This document shows, one piece after another, positions 36,030 to 45,162 of a stretch of 64,000 bases of DNA; the first letter of the stretch is position 1; every line of letters starts with the position of its first letter. Made by a program: the position numbers and the translations under genes. Source of the stretch: Bacteroidales bacterium (lineage in GTDB: Bacteria > Bacteroidota > Bacteroidia > Bacteroidales > NBLH01); the NCBI GenBank assembly GCA_050296515.1, contig JBNKRJ010000138.1, forward strand, positions 31,677 to 95,676. The letters run 5' to 3'. The notes beneath the pieces were generated by a model. That model saw only the letters and a program-made list of their open reading frames with translations. It was not told the DNA's origin and ran no database searches.

Positions 36030-36417
36030 CTTTTAATTTTTTTGTCCAAATGTATTAAATAAATCACAACTAAAAGACTTAAACATCTGTTAATCTTATT
36101 TGTCTTTATAATACCGAGATAGAAAAACTTGATATTAGTAATTATATTGCTCCTATTCAAGATTTTATAAAATATAGTGTAAAACCAACATCTAAATACG
36201 AGTGTTAAGTCACATCTTAAATGACGATTGCAATTATCCGCTTAGCGGGTTATTAAGCTGTGTAATTAGCTTATTTTTAATGCTTAGTATTTCATAATCA
36301 GACCCGCTTAGCGGTTTTTATACCGTCAAAATAGCCTTGACATGACATTAGTTTAAAAGTTATTAGACATCAGACATTCAATGTCGTTTAGTTTAGACTA
36401 TCTACCAAAAAGAACCA

Positions 36418-36508
36418 CGTCAGTGCGAGCAATAGCGAAGCAACTTTTCTCGTGACTGAAAGGAGTAATCTTTAGGAGATTACTTCGTTGTTCCTCCTCG
36501 TAATGACG
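36418..36508. repeat. ~90-bp imperfect palindromic element of the 'cgtcattgcgag...gaagcaatc' dispersed-repeat type
   Basis: The outer arms are cgtcagtgcgag (36418-36429) and ctcgtaatgacg (36497-36508). The inner stem is agtaatct (36464-36471) and agattact (36477-36484). Confidence 0.55.
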
Positions 36509-36571
36509 AAAAGAATGTTATCTAAACAACACTGATTGGGTATTTGTCATTGAAAATTTGGAGAATCTCAA

Positions 36572-36620
36572 ATAAAAAAGTCACTAATTCTCGAAAACAG
36601 TAATTATGAATTAGTGACTT
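36572..36620 (-). terminator. Rho-independent terminator of the DPP-IV gene
   Basis: On the minus strand, a 13-bp stem aagtcactaattc/gaattagtgactt (36578-36590 and 36608-36620) is followed by ttttttatttg. Confidence 0.75.
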
Positions 36621-36649
36621 GTATTTTTAATCAAAAGGTTTACTAAACC

Positions 36650-38797
36650 TTACTTCAAAAAATCATCAAAATATTGTGTAATCTTCTTCATTAGGTGAAT
36701 TCTATCTTTTCCGCGAACATTGTGTTCATGCGTAGGATAAATAAAATAATCAAGAAGCACCCCTTTATCAATACAATGATTCAAAAACTCCTGGCTATTT
36801 TGCCAAACAACTACTGGGTCAACTCCTCCATGGATAATCATCAAACGTCCCTTTAGATTTTCAACTTTATCCAGCAGACTTGTTAATTTATATCCCTCAG
36901 GATTTTCTTGTGGTGTATCCATGTATCTTTCGCCATACATTACTTCGTAATACTTCCAATCGATTACTGGTCCGCCTGCACAACCAACTTTAAAGGTTTC
37001 AGCATGATTTAACATTAACGAAGTAGTCATAAATCCTCCGTAACTCCATCCATCCACACCAATTTTGTCCTGGTCTACATAAGGTAATGATTTCAAATAT
37101 TCAACCCCTTTCATTTGATCTTTCATTTCTTCCTGTCCACACTGGCGGTGAATTACATTTTCAAACTCTAATCCACGGTTTGCAGAACCTCTATTATCAA
37201 GAGTAAACATAATGTAACCTTTCTGTGCCATGAAGTAATCCCAAAGGCCTGTTCCGCCTAACCAGGAATCGTTAACTAACTGTGCATGAGGACCGCCATA
37301 AACATAAACAATTACAGGATATTTCTTTGAAGGATCAAAATCAACCGGCTTAATCATTCTGTAATACAAATCGGTTTTTCCATCAGCTGCCTTCAAAGTA
37401 CCAATGTTCATTTCACCTAATTTATAATCTTTCAATGGGTTCTTTGCTTTTACTAATTCTCTAACAATTTTGCCATTATTATCAACTAAATTTATCTTCC
37501 TTGGAGTCGTACTGTTCGAAAAATTATCAATAAAATAACTCTTATCATCACTTAAATCAACATTATGGGTTCCTTTTTCAGCAGTCAAGCGTTCCGATTT
37601 ACTATTTTTTACATTGTATTTGTAAAGATGCCTTTCAATAGGGCTTTCTTGTGTAGTTACTACAAATATATTTTGTTCCTTTTCATCAAAACCCAGAAAA
37701 TCAGTTACAACAAACTGTCCCTTTGTTAATTGTTTAATCAATTTTCCTGAAGTATTGAATAAATAAAGGTGTTGATATCCGTCCCTTTCACTATACCAGA
37801 CAAATTGATCTGGTTTTGTTTTCATAAAGTACATATCATGCTCAGGCTCAACATATTTTGGATTTTTCTCTTCGAATAAAGTAGCTATGAATTCACCTGT
37901 ATTTGCGTCAAACTTATTTAGCTTCATATGATTTTGCCCCCTGTTCAGTTCAGCTATGTAGACATATTTTTCGGTTGGATCCCAATTTATCCTGGTAAGA
38001 TAATCATCTTTGGCTCCCTGCTTTTTCATAAAAACAGTTTTGCCTGTTTTAAAATTATAAACACCAAGGGTAACTTGCTCGCTGGTTTCTCCAGCCATTG
38101 GATATTTTACATTTTTTAAAGTTGCTATTCGTGTGGTCACATCAACAAGTGGATAATCAGCAACCATTGTTTCGTCTTTTCTGTAAAACGCCATATAATT
38201 GCCATTTGGAGACCAAAAAATTCCTTTGTCAATACCAAATTCCTGACGATGAACATAAGCATCTCCATTAACAATTCCTTCTTTTCCATCACTGGTAACT
38301 TGAATTGTCTTTCCTTCGGCATCAGCTACATAAACATTGTTATCCACTGTAAAAGCAGCCTTTTTTGAAGCTTTATTATAATGCTTATTCCCTGCATCTT
38401 TTTCGAATTTAATTTTATGATCGATGGTGCCATCTTTAATATTTAAAACAACCAGATAATCACCAGCCTCAATTCGTAGAAGATTCACTCCATCCCACTC
38501 ATAATCAGAAATATAATTAATTTCTTTAATTGAGTTCTTCTTAAGAATTGAGTTAATTGCATCTAGTTTTATCAGGCTTTTTTCAGCGTCTTCCTTTACT
38601 CCTACCTGAATTAACTCAGCCCAATCTTTCACATAAGTAAAATGCTCGTTATCCTGCCATTTGGCACTCATCATATCCTCAGGATAAAACTGTCTCCAAC
38701 GGCCATAAACAGATTCCTCAATAGTTAATTCTTTTTGTTGTGCAAAGCTGCTTATGCCTATTAACAGGCATACAGCTACAAAAAATATATTCTTCAT
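36650..38797 (-). CDS. Dipeptidyl-peptidase IV (S9B prolyl oligopeptidase family)
   Basis: 715 aa with a signal peptide. An N-terminal DPPIV propeller-like region is followed by a C-terminal alpha/beta hydrolase domain with the nucleophile motif GWSYGGFMT, and later the D and H regions (IHGGVDPVV, THEHNV). Confidence 0.85.
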   Translation of the reverse strand: MKNIFFVAVCLLIGISSFAQQKELTIEESVYGRWRQFYPEDMMSAKWQDNEHFTYVKDWAELIQVGVKEDAEKSLIKLDAINSILKKNSIKEINYISDYEWDGVNLLRIEAGDYLVVLNIKDGTIDHKIKFEKDAGNKHYNKASKKAAFTVDNNVYVADAEGKTIQVTSDGKEGIVNGDAYVHRQEFGIDKGIFWSPNGNYMAFYRKDETMVADYPLVDVTTRIATLKNVKYPMAGETSEQVTLGVYNFKTGKTVFMKKQGAKDDYLTRINWDPTEKYVYIAELNRGQNHMKLNKFDANTGEFIATLFEEKNPKYVEPEHDMYFMKTKPDQFVWYSERDGYQHLYLFNTSGKLIKQLTKGQFVVTDFLGFDEKEQNIFVVTTQESPIERHLYKYNVKNSKSERLTAEKGTHNVDLSDDKSYFIDNFSNSTTPRKINLVDNNGKIVRELVKAKNPLKDYKLGEMNIGTLKAADGKTDLYYRMIKPVDFDPSKKYPVIVYVYGGPHAQLVNDSWLGGTGLWDYFMAQKGYIMFTLDNRGSANRGLEFENVIHRQCGQEEMKDQMKGVEYLKSLPYVDQDKIGVDGWSYGGFMTTSLMLNHAETFKVGCAGGPVIDWKYYEVMYGERYMDTPQENPEGYKLTSLLDKVENLKGRLMIIHGGVDPVVVWQNSQEFLNHCIDKGVLLDYFIYPTHEHNVRGKDRIHLMKKITQYFDDFLK

Positions 38798-39269
38798 TAT
38801 TATAAAGTTTGAGATTTAAGGGTTTAAAAATAAAGTTATTTAGCGGAACTGAAAAATGAGTTTAATCACAAAAGATCCGCTGACCACTCTTTTATGATAT
38901 AGCAACAGCTTACCTTAGATAGATGTCATTTTTCTTTGAGTGCTTTGCACAAAGCCAGAAGTCTGAAGACCGAAGTCTAAAGTGACCTAAATACAAAAAA
39001 GGTTCTACTTCCAACTTCCTGCTTCGATCTTCTAACTTAAATAATTAAAAAATAAGCTAAAGTTTAATAATAAATGACTCAGCAATCGCTTACATTTTAG
39101 GCATTATAAAATTAGGTGTAAAAAAACTATACAAAAGTTCTGTTTGGCACGAAATTTAACATTATAGAATAACTAGTGTAAAAAAGAAACACTTATTGGT
39201 TAATTATTGAAGCTTTATTATATTTGTCAATCGATAAAAGTTTTTATTGCTTAGAAAAAAGTACAAAAT

Positions 39270-40178
39270 ATGTTTAAACTGAAAGCAATTTTACCATATA
39301 GTCTGGCATTTTTACTTATGACAGGCCTAATTTTAGGATCATGTAACGAAGAAAGTAATGATGATGATGCCAGCAATAAAATTGATTCAACTTTACTGAA
39401 AGATCCCACCATTGTAAAAATTAACAATCGTTTATTTAGTATACCGTCACCATTTCAGGTGGCCATGCTGGTAAAGGATCTTAAAGTTCCATTTAACAAA
39501 GAATTACTGAATCCTGTTCAAAATCAAAGCAATTATTCAACTACTTTTCAGCAAGCTTTAAATCTTGGTGTTTATGGTGCAGATTTAAGTTACCTGAATA
39601 TTTATGAACAATTACCAGATGCTGCAGGATACTTTGCAGTAATAAAAGTAATTTCAAAAGAACTCGGGATATTAAGTACGCTGGATGAAAAAACACTAAA
39701 AAGAATTGAAGATAACAACAATAATAAAGATTCATTACTGTACATTCTATCAACTGTTTATCGTGATGCAGATGCTTATTTGTTTAACAACAACCGAAAT
39801 GAAGTAGGTTTGTTGATTCTTGCTGGAGGATGGGTTGAGAGCCTTTATATTATGACCCAAACGCTAAAACAAGAAAATAACCAGGAAATTATAAACAGAA
39901 TTGGAGATCAAAAACATCCATTAAACAACTTAATTGAACTAAACCGTCCTTATTATGGAAAACTTTCAGAAGAGTTTGATGCTTTTCTAGAGGAGTTGGT
40001 AGACTTAGCAACCATTTTTGATGGCGTAGTTATTGAGTATAGTTACGAGAAACCAACAGTTGACGAAAAAAACAAACTAACAATTGTAAATAGTAAAAGT
40101 AAAACGATAATTACTGAATATCAGTTACAGAAGATAACTGAAATGATTGAAAAAATCAGAACGAAAATTGTAGAATAA
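39270..40178 (+). CDS. Hypothetical lipoprotein (predicted mostly helical)
   Basis: 302 aa. Lipobox is LILGSCNEE. No recognisable family. It is the first of three co-oriented, closely spaced genes. Confidence 0.5.
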   Translation: MFKLKAILPYSLAFLLMTGLILGSCNEESNDDDASNKIDSTLLKDPTIVKINNRLFSIPSPFQVAMLVKDLKVPFNKELLNPVQNQSNYSTTFQQALNLGVYGADLSYLNIYEQLPDAAGYFAVIKVISKELGILSTLDEKTLKRIEDNNNNKDSLLYILSTVYRDADAYLFNNNRNEVGLLILAGGWVESLYIMTQTLKQENNQEIINRIGDQKHPLNNLIELNRPYYGKLSEEFDAFLEELVDLATIFDGVVIEYSYEKPTVDEKNKLTIVNSKSKTIITEYQLQKITEMIEKIRTKIVE

Positions 40179-40188
40179 TTATTAACAA

Positions 40189-40650
40189 TTGTTTTGCTTA
40201 AAAATAATACTTAAAACTTTTACCGTGAAACGAACTTTAAAAAGCTATATAATTGTCTTCACACTACTTCTAGTATCAAATATTTCGTTTGGTCAGGCAG
40301 ATACTTTACTTAATTTTTGTGCCGGAAACCTTACAACCGATTATATTTCTGATGGACAGCAATATATTTCGTTATTGAATGGTGATGAAATTGCCGAATT
40401 CAGGGCAACGTTTTATAGTGGAAGTGTATATAGAATAACAGGATGCAGCGGATTGGCCAACGGAAATTTAGTATTTTCAGTTTATGATACAGAGAGAAAT
40501 GAGATTTTCTCAAACAAAAATTATCAAAACGCACCTTATTGGGACTTTAGGTTCACTTCAACCATGGAGTGTATTATAGAAGCACAATTAGATCCCAACG
40601 GGCCACAATCCGGAATGGCTATTTTATTAATAGGTTTTAAAAGCAAATAA
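40189..40650 (+). CDS. Hypothetical small secreted protein (non-ATG start)
   Basis: 153 aa from a TTG at 40189; an alternative GTG start is at 40225. The signal peptide is YIIVFTLLLVSNISFGQA. The start lies 11 bp after the upstream gene. Confidence 0.4.
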   Translation: MFCLKIILKTFTVKRTLKSYIIVFTLLLVSNISFGQADTLLNFCAGNLTTDYISDGQQYISLLNGDEIAEFRATFYSGSVYRITGCSGLANGNLVFSVYDTERNEIFSNKNYQNAPYWDFRFTSTMECIIEAQLDPNGPQSGMAILLIGFKSK

Positions 40651-40754
40651 TTACTCGTTTTTTAAATTGCATTTTTCAAACATCAGTAAAAAAGAATAAA
40701 TTTACCACCAAATTAGCATGATTATTGAAAAAGTCTGAAAAAGGCAAAAATTAG

Positions 40755-43700
40755 ATGAGTGAAAGGATATTAAAAGCTTTAATGCAACTGTTTGCAATCA
40801 TTGCAAACCCAAAAAGCCATACACGTGATCGCCGCCCCATCGTAAAATCCTTTCTGGAACAACAGCTTAATAAGGTTTTAGTAGATGAATATTTAAAAAT
40901 TTTTGATGTATTCTATGTAACTCATCAGCAAAAGTTTAGATCATCAACCAGAACAGAAAAGAAAACAGCTGCAAGTTCGGTTAAAGTGCTCACTATTTGT
41001 ACTGCTATCAATAAAGAGCTCACTCAAAAACAAAAGCTGGTGGTGGTTATTCGGCTTTTAGAGTTCATTAACTCCGAAAATGAAATAACACAACAAGAGT
41101 TTGAGTTTGTATCCACCGTTGCTGATACTTTCAATATCCCAAGAGAAGAATATGAAAGTTTAAAAAGGTTTGTTCTCTTCGCACACCAAGAAATTGAAGA
41201 CTCAAGTAAACTACTAGTCATAAATTCATCAAAAGAAGCCCCAAAGGCCAATATTAACCATATTCAGGCCGAAATGCTTTCTGGAGAGATCATTGTTTAT
41301 GCTCTAAAACAGGCAAATATGCACATTTTTATTTTCAAAAATGAAAATGAGCTTTACTTGAACAACCAGTTGCTGGATTCAGGGAAAATTCATATTCTTT
41401 CTCCCGGTGCATCCATCAAGAACACCAAAATAAAACCGATTTATTACAATGATATAATAAGTCGGTACAATTTTGATAAAACAAAATCGAAAATTGCTCT
41501 TGAAGCCCATAACATTAGTTATAAGTTTAAAAATGGAATTACCGGGCTTCACCGAATGAATTTCCTTGTTCAATCAGGAAATCTTGTAGGAATAGTTGGT
41601 GCTAGTGGGTCTGGTAAATCTACACTCTTAAATCTACTGAATGGAAACTTAATCCCTGACAGTGGAGAAATACTGGTGAATGGAATAAATATTCACAAGG
41701 AGCCAAAAAAGATGGAAGGCATCATCGGTTATGTTTCTCAGGATGACATGTTAATAGAGGAACTAACTGTATATCAAAACCTTTACTATAGTGCAAAGTT
41801 GTGCTTCAGCAATTATAACGAGTTTCAAATTTTAAGGGTTGTATTGCGTTTATTAAAAAGTCTGGGGCTATACAAAATTAGAGATATGAAAGTTGGTTCG
41901 CCACTTAACAAAAAAATAAGTGGAGGACAGCGAAAAAGGCTTAACATTGCCCTAGAATTGATAAGAGAGCCTGCTATATTGTTCTTAGATGAACCGACTT
42001 CGGGACTTTCATCAAGAGACTCTGAGAATATACTTGATTTATTAAAAGAGCTTGCCTTAAAAGGGAAATTAGTATTTATCGTCATTCATCAACCTTCATC
42101 TGATATTTTTAAAAGATTCGACAGGCTTCTGGTGCTTGATCATGGAGGCTTTCTGATCTATGATGGTGATCCTGTTGAATCAATCAGTTATTTTAAATCA
42201 AGTATTCGACAGGCAGACTGGAATGAAAGCGAATGTTCATTATGCGGAAACGTAAATCCCGAACAAATATTCAATATAGTTGAAGCCCAGGTAGTTGATG
42301 AATATGGAAGTTTAACCTATGCCCGGAAAACACCTCCTGTTGAATGGAGTGAAAAGTTTGAAGTACACAAAAGAAAAGCAGTTAAAAAGTCCATTTTCGT
42401 TAAAGAATTACCTGAGGTTAATTTTAAAATACCAAATAGGCTAAAGCAGCTAAAAATTTATATTGTCAGGGATGTATTATCCAAATTAGCTAACAAACAA
42501 TATATTCTTGTTAATTTACTTGAAACACCTGTCTTAGCCTTTATCCTTTCATATATTACAAGGTATTACAATATTGATCCATCGAACGAAGCAGGATACA
42601 ACCTGTTAGAAAACAGCAACTTGCCAGTCTATATTTTCATGTCGGTTATTGTTGCCTTGTTCGTTGGGATGACAGTAAGTGCCCAGGAAATCATCAAAGA
42701 CCGAATGATTTTAAAAAGAGAGTCATTTGTGAATCTGAGCAGGACAAGCTATCTATTTTCGAAACTTACTATACTTACTGTTTTATCTGCTTATCAATCA
42801 TTAGTTTTTGTATTGATTGGTAATAGCATTATGGAAATACAAGGTATGTACCTGCAATATTGGGCTGTTTTGTTTAGTACCTGCGTTGGCGCTAATTTAA
42901 TGGGGTTAAATATTTCGGATGGGTTCAAATCAACGGTTACTATTTACATTGTCATCCCATTTCTGATTATACCTCAAATTATTCTTAGTGGAATCATTGT
43001 GAAATTCGACAACATAAATCCTGCGATTTCTTCACCAAATAAAATTCCTTTTTATGGTGAAATGATGATTTCAAGATGGGCGTATGAGGCATTGGCAGTA
43101 TATCAGTTTAAAAATAATGATTACGAAAAAAATTTCTATGGCTTTGATAGAGAGAAAAGTATCGCTGAATATAAAAAGGATTATTGGCTTAAAACTATTG
43201 AAAATAAATTAACCTACTACCTTGTAAACTGGGAAGATGATACCAGAAAAGAAAAAATCAGACAAGATTTTGAGCTTTTAAGAAATGAAATTGGAAAAGA
43301 GGCCCTAAGAAATAAGGACGTTCAACCTAAGTTTAATATAAGCATGGTATATCCGGAAAAAATGGATAGTACTAGAGTAAATTTATTGACTAACTATTTC
43401 AATAAACTTAGAAATTACTATAACAACAGGTACAATGCAGCAATTAGATTAAAAGATGATTTGATTTTAAAAATGCAAAGTGGCAAAAATGGTAAGGAAA
43501 ATTTTAAAAAGTTAAAGAGAGAACATTCAAACGAGAGATTAACTGAATTTGTGCAAAACTCTGATGAGATAAATTACATAAAAGAATACCACGGCCATTT
43601 ATATCAAAAGGTAGATCCGATTTTTTATAACCCTGAATCATATTTTATTAAAGCACACTTTTATGCCCCTAATAAAAAGCTTTTTGGAACTTACTTTACA

Positions 43701-43865
43701 ACACTAAGAATAAATATTTTGGTAATATGGTTAATTTCAGCTCTCTTATATATTTCACTGCATTTCAAATGGTTAGCAAAAGGGTTAGATTTCATCAATC
43801 AGCTTAAACAAACAAGGGAACAAAAAATACAGATTGAAGAGGCAAAAAAAATAGAGCAAATTTAA
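40755..43865 (+). CDS. Fused ABC transporter (ABCG-like ATPase plus ABC-2 permease) with a ~240-aa N-terminal extension and a long C-terminal tail
   Basis: 1036 aa. Motifs: Walker A GASGSGKST, signature ISGGQRKRLNIALEL, Walker B ILFLDEPTSGLS. Six or more TM segments follow. The N-terminal region looks TerB-like (helical, QKLVVVIRLLEFINSENEITQQEFEFVSTVADTF), followed by a possible FHA-like beta segment. The C-terminal ~270 aa are charged or coiled, with one final TM. Confidence 0.8.
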   Translation: MSERILKALMQLFAIIANPKSHTRDRRPIVKSFLEQQLNKVLVDEYLKIFDVFYVTHQQKFRSSTRTEKKTAASSVKVLTICTAINKELTQKQKLVVVIRLLEFINSENEITQQEFEFVSTVADTFNIPREEYESLKRFVLFAHQEIEDSSKLLVINSSKEAPKANINHIQAEMLSGEIIVYALKQANMHIFIFKNENELYLNNQLLDSGKIHILSPGASIKNTKIKPIYYNDIISRYNFDKTKSKIALEAHNISYKFKNGITGLHRMNFLVQSGNLVGIVGASGSGKSTLLNLLNGNLIPDSGEILVNGINIHKEPKKMEGIIGYVSQDDMLIEELTVYQNLYYSAKLCFSNYNEFQILRVVLRLLKSLGLYKIRDMKVGSPLNKKISGGQRKRLNIALELIREPAILFLDEPTSGLSSRDSENILDLLKELALKGKLVFIVIHQPSSDIFKRFDRLLVLDHGGFLIYDGDPVESISYFKSSIRQADWNESECSLCGNVNPEQIFNIVEAQVVDEYGSLTYARKTPPVEWSEKFEVHKRKAVKKSIFVKELPEVNFKIPNRLKQLKIYIVRDVLSKLANKQYILVNLLETPVLAFILSYITRYYNIDPSNEAGYNLLENSNLPVYIFMSVIVALFVGMTVSAQEIIKDRMILKRESFVNLSRTSYLFSKLTILTVLSAYQSLVFVLIGNSIMEIQGMYLQYWAVLFSTCVGANLMGLNISDGFKSTVTIYIVIPFLIIPQIILSGIIVKFDNINPAISSPNKIPFYGEMMISRWAYEALAVYQFKNNDYEKNFYGFDREKSIAEYKKDYWLKTIENKLTYYLVNWEDDTRKEKIRQDFELLRNEIGKEALRNKDVQPKFNISMVYPEKMDSTRVNLLTNYFNKLRNYYNNRYNAAIRLKDDLILKMQSGKNGKENFKKLKREHSNERLTEFVQNSDEINYIKEYHGHLYQKVDPIFYNPESYFIKAHFYAPNKKLFGTYFTTLRINILVIWLISALLYISLHFKWLAKGLDFINQLKQTREQKIQIEEAKKIEQI

Positions 43866-43956
43866 ATCTCGCCCTATTTACATTTACAAGCCACTAATTA
43901 TCAATAACCAGAGACTCCTAAATTTTATTCATAAACTAATAATACTTAGAGTGTTA

Positions 43957-44343
43957 TTAGTCTTCTATTTCAATCATTTTAAAAGGAATTTTTAGAATAG
44001 ATTGGTAATCCTCACCTGCTTCAAGCATATCTTCATCATCCTCTTCGTAATACCAATTAATAACCACACCTTTTTCACCATTCTTTTTAAAAACCTGTTC
44101 AAGTTTTTTAAATACGTCAAGAATACATTTTGATGAACTTGTGTTAAAGTACTCTAACTGAATATTTACTTTGGTTTCAGGAGCAGGTTTATCGGCATAC
44201 TGATCAAGCCATTCAACAATAGGTCGATAAAAATCAATTGAATTTTCAGGAATTGAGCGTCCTTTTATTTCAACAACTCCGCTATCAACGTTCATTTCAA
44301 CTGTTGGTGTCTTTGGTGTTCCAGCTATTGTAAGAGTTTCCAT
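43957..44343 (-). CDS. DUF1987 / SiaC-like regulatory phosphoprotein
   Basis: 128 aa. Motifs typical of DUF1987 are present: TPKTPTVEM...G.VEIKGRSIPENSIDFYRPIVEWL and LEYFNTSSSKCILDVFKKLE. Confidence 0.7.
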   Translation of the reverse strand: METLTIAGTPKTPTVEMNVDSGVVEIKGRSIPENSIDFYRPIVEWLDQYADKPAPETKVNIQLEYFNTSSSKCILDVFKKLEQVFKKNGEKGVVINWYYEEDDEDMLEAGEDYQSILKIPFKMIEIED

Positions 44344-44436
44344 TTCAAATATTAAAATTAGCTTATTATTTTTTGGTAAAAACCTATTTCTTTTAAAATT
44401 ATAAAAATTATTTAAGTTATTCTAATCCAATTGTAA

Positions 44437-45012
44437 TTAATCGGTAATTAAAATCTTTAAACAAAAAAAGTTGTGCTCATTATATTGGTTATGAAACGAA
44501 TATTCATATTCCTGCCCTGTTCTCTTTGCAATGTCAACCAGGCCCAATCCTCCACCTCCTTTATCAGAATATTCGTCATTATTCAATATCAGCTGATATA
44601 AAATTTTTAACTCCTTTGCTGTTAAATAATTAATTTGATCCAGCCTGTCTTTCAAAAATTTCACCCTGGCTTTTATCACAAAATTACCACTTGTGAAGCT
44701 ATATTCTCCATTGACTTCTTTTTTCAAAACAAAAATAGCAAATTTTTTATCATTTTCCCCTAAAATGATATTTTCAGGAGCGTTCTCTGTATGATGAAAC
44801 AAATTCTGAAGCGCTTCAACCATAACATTATAGACCTTTTTTTTTGTTTTGCTTTTTTCGCCTCTTATGGTCAGTTCATTTTCAATATGTTCAAGAACTC
44901 TTGATATTAATTCCGCCGAAATAGCTCCCTTATGATGTGCTATTACATCTCCATCTTTTATTTCATCATACCAGCCATCAATATCAAATGCCATATATAC
45001 ACGAATTAACAA
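44437..45012 (-). CDS. SiaB-like (DUF6272, GHKL-fold) putative protein kinase
   Basis: 191 aa. The VEALQNLFHHT (N-box-like) and DKGGGGLGLVDIAKRTG (G-box-like) motifs are present. It lies immediately upstream of the DUF1987 gene on the same strand. The start may be the Met at 44994. Confidence 0.55.
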   Translation of the reverse strand: MLIRVYMAFDIDGWYDEIKDGDVIAHHKGAISAELISRVLEHIENELTIRGEKSKTKKKVYNVMVEALQNLFHHTENAPENIILGENDKKFAIFVLKKEVNGEYSFTSGNFVIKARVKFLKDRLDQINYLTAKELKILYQLILNNDEYSDKGGGGLGLVDIAKRTGQEYEYSFHNQYNEHNFFCLKILITD

Positions 45013-45162
45013 GCTTCTTAAAATAGCCTTTTATTGTTAATTATACAAATATATATAATATTCAGAAGCTGTTAGTAAATTTTGACACCCTAAAATTAAC
45101 AAATACCTTACTTATTTCCAATATTTATTACTTGTTAAGCATTTGTAAATTAACTAAAGTTT

